Assembly: GCA_035221665.1 (NCBI GenBank)
Contig: CM069135.1
Location: 54,994,001-55,058,000, forward strand
DNA: 64,000 nucleotides
DNA from: Okamejei kenojei
Lineage: Eukaryota
Direction of reading: 5' to 3'
Of the stretch, positions 48,344 to 61,823 are shown in pieces. The translations under genes were made by a program, and so were the position numbers. The number at the start of each line of letters is the position of its first letter. Position 1 is the first letter of the stretch. The notes under the pieces were generated by a model. That model searched no databases and was not told the origin of the DNA. It saw only the letters and a list, made by a program, of their open reading frames with translations.

Positions 48344-50479
48344 TCCTTACTACAAACTCCCAGCGTAACAGTAACTGTCAGCCTGAACATTTATTATCTT
48401 TGGTAGCCAGGTGCATTTAAACCATACACACACAAACAAACCTTGTTGCATGGTGATCATTCCTCACAGATGTTTTTTGCTCATCTTTAGCGTACTTTAA
48501 TATTTGAAACTGACTGCCATATTGTTAGTCTGGAGTCTCTTAACTCCCCTTATTCTAAATCTATTCCTTCAGTATATGTGTAACTTGCTCATCTTGTATT
48601 TTGTATTTGTTATTTTTCTGCCCTACCACAAAATGTTATGAATCATTCTACCTAACTGGCCGAGATTTCTTCTTCCTACTCTTCTTCCAAACTCAACATT
48701 GAAAAATTCTCAACTTCTTTTGGCATCCAGGTCATTCATGGGGAAAAATGAAACGGTGAACTTCAAATACCTAATGATGCTCCATTCAGTTCAAATCAAA
48801 AGTATTCTCTTGCCCAATTTTAAAACATCTTACTAATTTTCCAATTGTTGGATTTCTTGTATTAACTAGTATTCATTTCTAGGATCATGACAAAGCCTTT
48901 CTGGATTTCCAGATAAATGAAAGAATATCAATATTCATTTGATTTTCTTATTCTTAGAATAGATCAGGTTAAGTTTACCCGGGGCTAGTTTTTAAATATG
49001 AAGGAAAAGTTTGTTGCTTATAATCTTGAATTTTCCAATTAATTTTCACCACTGACGATCAGTGTCCAGTAATCCTTAATTGGTCTCCAACGTCACCCAA
49101 GATGAATGTCATTAACTCCAAAAAGTATTTTGATTTGCTCTCCTTAATACTCAAGGTACCTGTTCCTTACTGTCATGTTATAAAAACTTGTAATTAATAA
49201 CAATGCAAACTGATAAGTTCCTCACTGAAGAACTGTTCAAGAAAGTGATCATTAGAATTTACCTTTTCCTTTCAATAAATCCACTATGTTTAAAGAAATA
49301 CAAACATCCTCCCTAACATTTAAATTAAAAAAATAATGTGATTAACATTATGTTCGTTCATTCACATTTTCAAATCCCATTATATTATTGCATTCTTATC
49401 TTTCTCCTGTACATTTTGCATATAGTTTATACTTCCTCCACATCATGTTAATTTCTTTGGACAGAATAAAGATGACCACTTGTTTACATTTACTCTCAGA
49501 TACATAACTATGATTATAAAGCCCTTCGAGACACCATGAGGTTGTGCAGGATCAAATTATTTCCAACACTTCTATCCTTATGCAAGTTCAGGTTTGTAGT
49601 GTATAACAGCACAGTTAAATTTATTACGTTGCAGCCCATATTACATCACTTAAACAGCCTCTGCTCCCAGATCCAAGCTTAACAAATAGATGTGGCATGC
49701 AACCATTTATTTAGTCTATCTGGGTCGAGTTTGACTTGTTCATATAGGTTGACTCTTCCTCTAACTGTATAATTGTTGTTCCCATACCCTTTTTTTAAAA
49801 TCCTTTGTGCACACCAGAGCAGCTGTGTACTCAACTGCACAATCAATAGGTCCTTGAGCATTGTTATCCTTTGTCTATTATTAAATTGTCTTTGTATTGT
49901 TATCTGGTCTGGACTGCTAGGCTTCTCAGGTTTAGCATGTCGAACTTGGTAAGGGTTATGATAGTGTGCATCTTCCTTCTGAATTGTAAATCAGGCTTAA
50001 AGCTGTTAAGAGTTTCCGTCAATAAATTCTACAGTCATCTTGACCAGACGAGTTCAATGTAGCATCCTTGTCTGCCAGTAATTCACAGTTGTACTTTTTA
50101 TTTTTAGTGTTTTCAGTTATTTAACCATATCTGGGTCAGGAGAAGAATTCTACAATTGTTTAAAAAATTGTAGAAGTGCAGGCCTGACCTGACCCGAAAC
50201 GTCGCCTGTCCATGTCCTCCACAGATGCTGCCTGACCCGCTGAGTAACTACAGCACTTTGTTTTGTACAAGTACAAGTTTCATTTTTTCTTCTTCGTGTA
50301 GAAACATTGTTGACTATGACGACTTCTGTCCTAAAGCACTTTGGAGAAAAAAAACTCTGCTGTATGTTTCTTGTACTGCAGCAATTTCACAGCCAATTTC
50401 TTCCTTCCTAAACATTCACTCCTGGATCTCCAAAAAAAAGAGAATAAGAATACTATAAATCTGACCATAGTCTTGCACT

Positions 50480-50712
50480 GTAGTGTAGTTGGTAGAGCTG
50501 CTACCCCACTGAGCCAGAGACACTGGTTTATTCTTAACCTCGAGTACTGCCTGTGTGGAGTATGCAAGTTTTTCCCTGTGACTGAATGGGTTTCTTCTGG
50601 GTACTCCCGTTTCCTCGGAGAAAGTGAGGATAACATAGTTAGTGTGAACAGGTCATTGATGGTTGGTGTGGTCGGCGGGCCAAAGAGCCTGTTTCCATGC
50701 TGTATTTCTTAA
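50480..50712 (+). mobile_element. Degenerate tRNA-type SINE
   Basis: ggtagagctgct head and gggccaaagagcctgtttccatgctgtatttc tail. Confidence 0.7.
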
Positions 50713-50739
50713 CACAGAAACAAACAATTACATTCCTAT

Positions 50740-51410
50740 CAGTGTAGTCATCCTCTCCATCTCTGCTGCACCTGTTCTTGTGATGAGGCTTTCCACTCCA
50801 GATCATATGAAATTAACTTTTGTTTACAGAAAATACATATTCCTCCCAACTGTGGTTGACCAAGCCCTCACCCTTATCTCCTCTACATCCTGTACAGCTG
50901 TTCTCAACCCACCTGTCCCCAGGCATAACAGGGTTCCTTTGGTTCTTGCCTTTCACTCCACCAGTCTCTGTATAATTCTTCAACATTTCCATCAGCTACA
51001 GTGTGATCCCATCTCTAGTATATCTTCCCCTTCCCACCCCTGTCTGATTCTGCAGTCACCGCTCTTTCCATGTGTCCCTGGTTGGCTCATCCCTCCCCTT
51101 CCCCAGACATTTTCCCCTGCAACTACAGGAGTTCTAACACCTGTATCCAAGGACTTAAACTGCTGGAGATTCACCTGCACCTCCTCCAATCTTGTCGAAT
51201 GTTTTGGTACTCTTGGTGTGCACTTCTCTATATCGGTGAATCCAAACTCAGAATAAACAACCACTTTGCCGAGCACTTGCGCTCTGTCTGGAACTCCCCA
51301 ATTGCCAGCCATTTCAATTCCTCTGCCTATCCAAACACCAACCTGACTGTTTACGAGTAGGAACTGGAGGAACAGCATTTCATATTCTGACTGTGCAGTC
51401 CCCAACCCAA
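50740..51410 (+). mobile_element. Degenerate Penelope-like fragment (RT C-terminus/GIY-YIG)
   Basis: RVPLVLAFH, RFTCTSSNL and LLYIGESK..NNHFAEHLRSV, homologous to the element at 1365-3392. Confidence 0.8.
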
Positions 51411-51414
51411 AAAC

Positions 51415-53130
51415 ATAGTCATACAACAGGGAAATGGCCCCTTCGGCCCAAGTCATCCTTGCTGACCAAGATACCCCATCTAAACTAATCCCATTTGCCG
51501 GTATTTGGTCCATATCCCTCTAAACCTTTCCCATCTATGTACCTGTCCAAGTGTGTTTTAAATGTTGTTGTACCGACCTCTACTACTTCCTCTGGCAGCT
51601 CCTTCCATGAACCTACCAACCTCAGTGTGACAAAATTGCCCATCAGGTTCCACAAGACTTTGTGCATTCACTCTACTTAGGTATGTTACAAAACTTACCT
51701 TCAGCGGCGCTGCAGTTCTGTCACTGGGCATGTGCACGACTTTGGCGCCTTTGAGAGGGTGGCTGGTTTAAAATGCCCTTTTCTCCAGCCTGTTAAAATC
51801 GATCTTTGTCAGGCTGTTTAGCTGCTGAAAAGAATAATCGCTCCAACATCCGTTTTATCAAGTTTTTTTAAAATAGCGCTGGATAATTTAATAGCAGGAG
51901 TAAAATAAAAATCATCTTCTAAAGTTGTCAATGCTGACAATGGAACGGATATCACGTACGGGACAAAGCAAGGTACACCATTTATTTTTACATATAAATG
52001 TGCTTCTTAGGATGCCTTTAATCAAAATTTCACGTTGTGAAAAGGTGATTTAGGCCCCATACGAACCGGCAGTGTTTTTCTTGCCGATATGGGGTTGAAA
52101 TTCACCGCAAATGCAATGTTCCAATCGATCGCGTTCCCCAAAATCTCACTCGCAAGATGATTTAAATGGCCATTAATTTACGGGAATTAAACACTAAATT
52201 CCTATAAATTCATGACAATGAGATTTAAAAATCATGTTATATTGTGAATTCTTGTGTGAATGTTATTTGGACACTTAGGCTATTTAAAAATGTTAACCTT
52301 TCCTTAAGAAATGGATAGATGTTTAGATCTAGTAATTGAATTTTGTAATTAGCTACAATTAGGTAACTAACTAATTATATGCTTTAATTTCAGGTCATCT
52401 AAGTAAGATTGTTTCATATTTGTTTCACAATGCTTCAATCTATAACTGAAAATTTCATTCAGTTCTCTTAATTTTTAAGAAAGTTATGGGCTTTTGACTG
52501 TCCTTGATCACAGCTTTTAAGTTAAGTCAATGGAAACGCAATAGGGAACAAGATGCTAATTTCCGAGTATGAAAATGGCCATAACTTTTTTAATACTGAA
52601 GATATGAGAGTGAATTAGGTCAAATTAAACTTATTTGTATGCTTTATCTGATGGGATAAATTGCAGACTTGATTTTTAAAATCTCAAAATTTTGTAACAT
52701 TGCTACTCTACTCGACCTCACATGATTTTATACTCTCTCTCAGATTACCCCTCAACCTCCTGTGCTCCAAGCAATAAACTCCTAACTTGCCCAATCTCTC
52801 CCTATAGCTCAGCCCCCCAAGTTCTGGCAACATCTTTGTAAATCATTTTTGAATTTGTTTCCAGCTTAATGGCACCTTTTTACAGAAGGATTACCTAGAC
52901 TAAACACAATGCTCTAAGTGCGGCCTCGCCACGTCTTGTACAAGTATAACATAATGTCCCGATTTCTATACTCAATCCCCTGACTGATGACGGCCTGCAT
53001 GCCATAAAACCGTCTTGACAAGCCGATGTACTGCGATGCCACTTTCAGGAAACTATGTACGTGCACTCTCAGATCCCTCTGTTATTCACTGTGAAGGTCC
53101 TGCCCTGGTTTGACTTCCCAAAATACAACA
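51415..53130 (-). mobile_element. CR1 3' fragment split by a DNA transposon
   Basis: WKELPEEVVEVGT..FKTHLDRY..GYGPNTGKWD on the minus strand. The CR1 sequence resumes after 52706. Confidence 0.8.
51678..52705. mobile_element. Non-autonomous DNA transposon, 16-bp TIRs, 7-bp TSD
   Basis: Left end taggtatgttacaaaa, right end ttttgtaacattgcta (14/16 match). ctctact is duplicated at 51671-51677 and 52706-52712. No long ORF inside. Confidence 0.85.
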
Positions 53131-53559
53131 CTGCATACTGATCAAGATCATGCTGTAATTCTTGATGACTATCTTCAATGCCACCTTTTTAGAGTCAATG
53201 CATTGTACATACTCATCCAAATTGCCGGTATCGAAAACAAACAGGAATCGATAGACCCTCTTTTCTACCGGCCGTTGCAATCGTTGCCGAATGCCTCTCC
53301 CTCCCCATCATGAACCTGCCGAGGAGCTGTTCCTTAATGCTATGATGAGCTTTACTGTAAATGATTGAAATCAAATAAGTCGGTGTGGAAGGGGGATAGA
53401 GAATTAATAACCAGAAGCTCGGCATCAAGCGTGAAGACAGAACATAAGTGTTCTGCGCTTTACATTTCCGATGTAGAGGAAGACACCTAGTAAGAACTGA
53501 ATGCAGTTTAATAGATTGGAAGAAATAGAGTTGAACCACTCTATTACCAGGATGAAGTG

Positions 53560-54100
53560 AGCAGTCCCTATTTGGAGTATTGTGAGCAGTTTTGGGCCCC
53601 ATACCTGAGTAGGGATGTACTGGTGTTGGAGATAGTCCAGAGGAGGTTTACAAGAATATTCCTGGGGATAATTGGGTTAACGTTTGATGATAATTTGATG
53701 GTTCTGGGCCTGTACTTGCTGGAGTTTCGAAAAATGATGGCTGATCTCAATGAAGCTTATCGAATAATGAAAGGTCTGGATAGAATGGACGTGAAGAGGA
53801 TATTTCCACTAGTGGGAGAGTCTAGGAGTAGAGGGCACACTCAGAATAAAATAAAAGACCATAAGAAGGGAGATAAGGGGGAATTTGTTTTAGACAGAAG
53901 GTGGTGACTCTGTGGAATTCATTGCCACAGATGGCTGTGGAGGTCAAGTCTTTGGGTATTTTTAAAGCGAAGATTTATAGGTTCTTGATTAATGAGAATG
54001 TCAAAGGTTACAGGGAGAAGGGGTTGAGAGGGAATAGGAGATCAGCCATGATTGAATGGCGGAGTAGATTTGTGGGGCCAAATGGCCTAATTATGCTCCT
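53560..54100 (+). mobile_element. CR1 3' fragment
   Basis: PYLEYCEQFWAPYL..VQRRFTR..SRSRGH and VTLWNSLPQ. Confidence 0.85.
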
Positions 54101-56230
54101 TTGACATAAACATGGTAGGAACCGAAGATGGCAAATGGCAGATATTGCAACTGTTATGGATGCATGTAAAGCTGCTATGAGAATGGGAGTGGGTATTGGT
54201 GGAGATGCAAGAGTGAACCTTGCAGCTGTAGGATGCTGAAAGGTGAGGTGACAAAAATCTGTACCTGATGATGGCAGTCTAGTGAAGATGACGGAAATTG
54301 CAGTGGTTGACACTTGGACGGGGCAGTTGGTGAGATGAAAGGTGAGGGCAATAGTGTTATGTGCTTGAAAGCTTCTGTATTTTCAACCAGATGTGTGACC
54401 AGGGTGGGACAAGTCTTTGATTACGTTGGTTGCATTCCCATGGCACTGTGAAGTGCAGATGGAGTCAATGGTGGGAATTTGGTTAGTGTGATGGACTGGG
54501 GTACATCCATATCTCTACAATGTCTTGAAATCTATCAGTATTTAACATGGAATGGCAACATGACATGGTTTTGCTAGCTCTCTGCTCCATTTGTCTTATG
54601 TTTCAGGGATGGGAAAGTATGCATGAGTGATTGCTAAAACCTTCTCCACTGAGGTGGGTTTCACAGGAAAATGTTACCTTCAGAAATTCCCCCTCTTCAG
54701 TTTATTGCATATTCTTCAGACAAATATGTTCATATCTTGTTGGATTAAATTATATATCTGTAGTCGTGTGGCAGCATACAGCAGGGAAACAAACTCTTTG
54801 ACCAACCAATATTCTTTCCTTTTGTTCCAAAAGTTCATTTTCTTGCTTTTCATGAATGGATCTCCAAGATTCTTCTCCTGCAGCTGGGTAAGGGCAATGC
54901 AGATTTGCATCCTATTTGTGCCAGTGCTTGCTGGCTTTATTAAAAAACAGACATTCTGATGGGACCAACGTATAAATATTAAAGATGAGGTATTCTTGCG
55001 CTACTAGTGTGACTTCAGTACAGGGATTTAAGGATCTTCAACCCATAACCTTATTCCAAGCTTTAGTTGATTGCTTTAATTCCCTGTAGCCCAACTAAGG
55101 TGCTTCATAAAATAAAAATGACAGTGCATCTCCTGAGTAGCAAGAGAGAGAAGTAAAGCATATATGTAACAAGTTCCACTGTGCAAATTTACTGCATATT
55201 CTCCAAATATGTTCACATTTTATGGGATTAAATTCATTTATGTGCTCTAAAGTCAAAATATATCATTTGAATACCTAAGATCTGTCATTTTTCCAATGTT
55301 TAGATAGCCTTTAAAATTACAACTCTTCAAAATGCCTTTAAATGTATTGTGGGAATATATCATGTACTGTAAATCTGCAGTGACACACAGCAATATCAAA
55401 TTATATGCATTTATAACACAGTAAAAACCCAGATCATTTCTCCAATTACAAACCAGAAAATATTTTCAGAGTCCAAGTGGAGTCAGAAACTGTGGAACTT
55501 TGTCAATCTTCTCATTGCCCACTCATGACCACTATCAAACTGCTTATCTGAACATCTTCCTGGCCAGCCTCATCTCAATCTTTCCAACTGCTCTTCATCC
55601 TTTGCTCATCAGAAAAATTTTGCACATGAAGTCGATCACGACAACAACGTGGGTGTCGTCACAGTGCATCTTTTATGCTGTTATGTATTTGTGTATCTAG
55701 AACTGACTGCAGGCTGTAGGAAGTACCTTCACAGAGAGTTTAGGACATCATCAGCACTTGGGTATATCTGGACTGGATTTAATTGACACTCAAAAAATTT
55801 GGTTTTCAGTCTACTTTTATGTTAGAAACCAATGATTCCCAATTACAGCACCTAATGTCTTTAATGATGCCAATTTTGTTTATCCCCCATTACCAGCAAA
55901 TCCTTTATGTCCATGAATCATATCATTCTGGAGCTTTTGTGCTTTCTACATACCCAAAAAAAACCCAGAGCAAAGCACTATATTAGTGCAGCTGTATCCC
56001 ATCTGTTTCAATTGCACGAATCACTCCCAGAGGCTAATGTTTATTAACCTGCCTTTTCAATGATGTCCACTGCATTTCCCCTTTTGCTAATGCTGGAGAA
56101 GATTGTTACACCAGTTAAACATTGAGCCAAACAATATAGGAAACATTACTGAGAACCAATTCAGTAATTTCTCATTACAGATGATAAATAGCTGATATAT
56201 CTTTCGTATTAAAATAAGGCAGCAGGAATA

Positions 56231-56547
56231 TTAGTTTAGTTTAGAGATACAGTACGGAAACGGCCCTTCTGCGCACTGGGTCCGCGCCGACCAGCGATCC
56301 CCACACATTAACACTATCCTACACCCTACTAGGGACAATTTTACTTTTACCAAGCCAATTAACCTACAAACCTGTATGTCTTTGGAGTGTGGGAGGAAAC
56401 GGAAGATCTCGGAGAAAACCCACACCTGTCACGGGGAGAACGTACAAACTCCGTACAGACAGCACCCATAATCGGATCGAACCCGGGTTTCCGGCACTGC
56501 ATTCGCTGTAAGGCAGCAATGCTACCACTGCGCTACTGTGACTGCCC
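56231..56547 (-). mobile_element. tRNA-type SINE
   Basis: Reverse complement of the 29417 SINE, with a (ttagt)n tail and a ggttcgatcc B-box-like motif on the minus strand. Confidence 0.85.
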
Positions 56548-57909
56548 AATATTGACAAGTAAATTTGATTCTTAAATTCCAGAATTTGATGTCCGCAGGG
56601 AATTTAATCCATTGCTAATTGGCTTGACTATTATATTTTTTTCAGAAATTAAGCAGATTTAACCCTGTAGCATTTTAATCCACACAAAATATAATTTGGA
56701 TAAGCTCTGCATGTGCATCAAGGAAGGGAAATGAAACAGATGCTGCCCATTCATGGCAAAGATAATTTTTGTGCTAATTACATTTTCATGGTGCTTTGAT
56801 TTCTCAAGATTGGTTGTGATAACAAATAATTAAGTAGTTCTCTTACAGAGCAGGAAATTGCAGAATAGCACAAGAAGGATACCCGGGTGATTAAGTATAA
56901 ACAAAAACTGAAAGTATTGTGACCAGTGTTATTTTGTTCTTTTGAAGGTAACTTATTGGGTCAAATCCTGCTGGCTGTGGATAGCTTGCAGTTTCCTTGG
57001 AACTACTATCTGATGCTTACACCTCGGGCACATGTGAGGAGATGCCGAAGTCAAAGACTTCCTGAAGATCAGATATCTCCAACTCGTGCTGTTTACTCCT
57101 TTGCAGGATTCTCAATTTTATCCAGTGACTGTCAGTGATGCCTTGTTTATTTACAAGATGTACTTTATTCATAAAACATATAGGAAGTACAAACAGCATG
57201 TGCCTTTTTCTACATTAGTTGACCCGTTAAATTTCCATCAATGCCAATCATGTTATCTTAAGACACACATTAAGTATTTCGGAGACGTTTACCCAGAACC
57301 CACTTCCTCAGTGTCCAGTGGGTTTAGACTAGAATGGCAGCGGTGAATGAATCCAATACAGTAGTGAGGCACGTGGGCGGCTGGAAGTCAATACAGAAGT
57401 CAATGACAGCAAGTTAATTCGACTGGCAAGGAGAGGTGGTTGCATGAGGCCTGACGGGTTGGACAGATAAACCCTAGGCGTGTGCAACTGGGATGTTATA
57501 GCCATCATGGAAACCTGGCAAAGGGAGAGACAGGATTATCAGCTTAATGTTCAGGGATGCAGGTGTCACAGGTGTGGATGAGGAAGGAATAAAAGAGCAG
57601 GGGTGTTGCATTATTGATTAAGGAGAACATCATAGCAGTGGTCTGAGATGACACAGAAGGATCGTTAAGTAAGGCTATACGGGTGTAGGGGAGAAATAAA
57701 AAGTGGATGATTCCTATATATTTTATAATCCCACCTTGTTGGGATTGTGCTGTTGGCCCCCAAAAAGTTAATGGAAAGTAGAAGGAGATTGCAGCCCGCT
57801 GCAGGACTAACAGGTTTTAATAGGGAATTTTAACTTTCCCAATATAGACTTGTATTGCCGATGGGGAGAGGTGCATTTTTCAAGTGCATTCAGAAAAGTT
57901 TCCTCGGAT

Positions 57910-58217
57910 TTAGTTTGGAGATACAGCATGGAAACGGGTCCTTTGGCCCACCCAGTCTGCATGGGCCAGCGATCCCCGTACATTAACACTATCCCACACA
58001 CACTAGGGACAATTTACACATAACACCAAGCCAATTAATCTACAAACCTGTACGTCTTTGGAGTGTGGGAGGAAGCCAAAGATTTCAGAGAAAACCCATG
58101 CGGTTCATGGGGAGAACGTACAAACTCTGTGCAGACAGCACCGATAGTCAGGATCGAACCTGGATCTCCGGAGCTGCAAGCGCTGTAAGGGAGCAACTCT
58201 ACCGCTGCACCACCGCA
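57910..58217 (-). mobile_element. tRNA-type SINE
   Basis: Same family as 56231-56547. Confidence 0.85.
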
Positions 58218-58863
58218 ATTTGTAGAGGGATCGATATAGGAGAGGGCAAAGTTTGACCAACTCTTGGGTAGTTAGTTTAGGCCAATGACTGAAGTGTAAG
58301 TGGGTGTGCACTTTGCGATCAGCAACCACAGTTCTATTACTCTTAAAATAGTTATCGATAGGGATAGGGTTGGTCCTCAAATTTAAGTTCTTTGAAGAGC
58401 GAAGCCATCTTTGTTAGTATTAGGCAGGAGCTTGCAAAATATGATTGATGTAGGTTGTGCGAGAGCAAAGGGACTTCTGGAAAGAGGGATGCTTTTCAAA
58501 ATGTGATAATGAGAATTCAAGGTATGCATGTTAGAGTGAAGGGCAATTCAGTTGGGAGTAAGGAACCCTGGATGATGAGAGAAATTGAGGTGCTGGTCAG
58601 GAAAAAGGAGGCATGTGACAGATATATTCAGTTGGGATCAAGTGTAGTCTGGAGGAGTTTTGGGAATTGATGAGCATACTAGAGACAGAGATCAGGAGGG
58701 CAGAGTGGGGGTGGGGGGGGTCTTGAGATTGTTCTGGCAGGTAAGATTAAAGAGAAACCAAAGAGATGTTTTGTATACTAAGGGAAACGGGGTAACTATG
58801 AGGTAATAGGGCATTATGGCAGGATCTTTATCAGCTGGGCTATTGGACTGAGGAATGGCAAAT

Positions 58864-59778
58864 TATTATTAAAACTTTATTTCAGACTCAAGGTCCAGAC
58901 AAGTGATGACATTACATAAAATACATTGCAGATAAAACACCACAAAATACATATAAAAGCTTAGTAAATTACATGAGAGCATCATAAATTATATACAAAA
59001 ACACAATATGATTTAAAATCCAGAATAAAAAGAAAGATCAATGTCCTACAGCGAGACAACTATACCAATGTCTCCACAACTGGGACTGGTAGCGTGTAGT
59101 GCTAAACCTTATGTTTGATAAGACCTCGATAATTACATTTTCAGAGTCATTAATCCTGCAAATAAATTCATACATATGATTTCTTAGGATAGCTTCTAAA
59201 GTACTGCAGCCACAAACATTTCACTAGCACTACACCATCTAGGTTTCCTTAGCAGTATTCTATGGCATTATTATAAGCCACCTTTAGTCTCTGTAAAGTT
59301 GTCTTTCTGTAATTTGACCACAGATGTGCAGTATAGAATGGTGTGCAATATGCTCTAAACAGAGACATCTTCACCACATCTGTACATGCACCAAACATAT
59401 GTAAGATAATATTTGCCTGTACATACAGCATACGTCGTTGCCTATAAATATCGTCATCATCTGTCATTTGTTCTGTAATAAAATGTCCAAGATATTTTAC
59501 CTTATTACAGACACTAAGATTATTGTCAGACAATTTAAAATCAGGACATTTTAGACATTTATCCCCTTTGGTTCAACAGATCATAACAACACTCTTACCA
59601 GCATGATATTTGATATCATGTTCCACACCATGCACAGAACATATAGCAAGGAGCTGCTGGAGACCAGCGCTAGATGGACTAAAGACCACAAGATCATTTG
59701 CATACATAATACGGTTCACTAAAGTATTACCAATCATGCACCTAGTATTACAGGCTTTCAATTGCTTGGACAAATGGA
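58864..59778 (-). mobile_element. Non-LTR retrotransposon 3' fragment, probably RTE-X clade
   Basis: CMIGNTLVNRIMYANDLVVFSPSSAGLQQLL, VKYLGHFI and LFRAYCTPFYTAHLW..LKVAYNNA. (AAT)n tail. TSD ggcaaat at 58857-58863 and 59779-59785. The clade assignment is from memory of motifs. Confidence 0.7.
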
Positions 59779-61543
59779 GGCAAATGAGGTTTAATGCAGA
59801 TAAGTGTGAGGTGTTGCATTTGAAAGTCAAACCAGAGCTGAAACATTACCAGTGAATGGGAGAGCCCAGGAATGTGTTGTACAGCAGAGGGATCCAGAAG
59901 TACATAATACTCTAAAAGTGGAATAGCAAACAGATAAGGTGGTGAATAATGTTTTTGGCATGCTGCCTTCATCAGTCAGGGAACAGAGTGTAGGGGTTGG
60001 AACGTTATGTTATAGTTGTACAAGATGTTGATGGGGTTGCACTTGGAATACAGTGTTTATTTTTGGTCACCCTGCTGTAGGGAAGATGGAAAGGGTGCAG
60101 AGAACATTTATGAGGATATTGCCAGGAATCAAAGCCCTGAGCTTGTAGAGAGAGATTGGGCACATTGAGACATTATTCCTTGGAGTGCAGGAGGCTGACA
60201 GGAGATCTATAGCGGTACAATGTTATTCACACAGAGGTTGGTGGGTATATGGAACACATTTCTGGAGGGAACAGTTGATGCAGGTACAATAACAATTAAA
60301 ATAGTAAGATTAAATGAGAACTTACCAGTTCGAAGTTTGATCCTTATTTTATGAGGAGTTACGATGAGGGATTATGTGAAGAAGTCCAGCCAGGCGCATG
60401 CGCGTCATACTTCAAAGCAGCGGCGTGAAAACACAGAAACCAATAGCCGAAGTAACATAGTAAGGCTTTAGAAGACTCGAACTACCAGATATGAGGGCCG
60501 GGAGCGGAGGGCACGTAATCCCTCATCGTAACTCCTCATAAAATAAGGATCAAACTTTGAACTGGTAAGTTCTCGTTTAATCTTACTATTTTACTTTGAT
60601 GTCACGTGAGTGACTATGTGAAGATTTCAAAGCTCTGTGATATCATGCCGTAGATGCACTCCATATGACGCACTGCTTCAGTTGACACAGTAGTGAATAA
60701 ATAATATATTGAACATTGCTTCGAATTATCTAATAATCATTTTTTTTAAATAACAATACAGTAATAACCCCTCTATCCAGGGGAAATTACAAATGAAATT
60801 TATGAAGACAAAGCAAATCAAATCAACCAGAACCCAAAACAGCATGTCCAAACCCTGGCACTGTCAGGACACGTTTATCATAATTTTTGAAAAGTTGATT
60901 CCTTAGACCATCCTGTGGCCTTGCTGCGGATGTTGATGCCGCCCTGGTGGAGTGAGATTTAAACACATGAGTGTCTACTCCAGCGGAATCCAAAACCTGT
61001 TTTACCATCTAGAAATAGTTTGTACTGACACCTCTTATGAGGTTTTTTGTGACTGATGAGCATTGCTGTCTCGGAGCCTCTGAGACTAAGTTACCTCGAT
61101 ATATTGACTCAGGTGCTGAACTAAACATAACCTTTGGTCAACAGGGTATGCTTTAAACTTACTTTGGTTCCGGCCATTCCTGGCCTGCTCTGTTAGATTA
61201 TACACATAAAACGTAATTTTATCTGCAGAAGAATACATGCTATCTAGTCGTAGCTTTGCAATGTTTGCACTCTTTGCGCTGATACTTGTGCCATGAGCTT
61301 AACGACTTTAAATGTTAACTTCTGAAAAGACAATGACGTAATTGGAGCCCATTGCCAAAGCAGTGTGAGAACTATACTGACATTTGTATTACAAAATTCC
61401 TCTCATGATTCGGGACACTAATGGGTGAGACCCAATAGGTTGTTGTTCTGAAACTGCCCTAAATAGGAGGACAAAACACTCCGAGTACTATTAATGGCAG
61501 TATAACTTAAGTGTTCATCAAAAATGCAACATTGCAAGGAACT

Positions 61544-61823
61544 GAGGGACAGAGGTTTCGGGGTAACGTGAGGGGGAACTTCTTTACTCAGAGGGTGGTG
61601 GCTGTGTGGAATCAGCTTCCAGCAGAAGTGGTGGAGGCAGGATCGATTTTAACATTTAAGAGTAAAGTGGATAGGTATATGGACGTGAAGGGAATGGAGG
61701 GGTATGGTCTGAGTGCAGGTAGATGGGACTAGGGGAAAACAAATGGTCGGCATGGACTGGAAGGGCCGAGAGGGCCTGTTTCCGTGCTGTAATTGTTATA
61801 TGGTTATATGGTTATATGGTTAT
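61544..61823 (+). mobile_element. Young CR1 3' end inserted in the DIRS element
   Basis: FRGNVRGNFFTQRVVAVWNQLP with a (gttatatg)n tail and aact on both flanks. Confidence 0.9.

Larger units (their letters stand above)
57350..60297 (+). mobile_element. Old long CR1 (APE to 3' end) hosting a SINE and an RTE-X-like insertion
   Basis: Decayed endonuclease motifs (gccatcatggaaacctgg; gggaattttaactttcc), KEPWMMREIE, and QMRFNADKCEVLH resuming at 59779. Confidence 0.7.

Noticed and set aside
56926-57346. Possible otof exon 3 near tttgcag at about 57100
   Set aside because: No frame gives TFRWPV-like C2A sequence.
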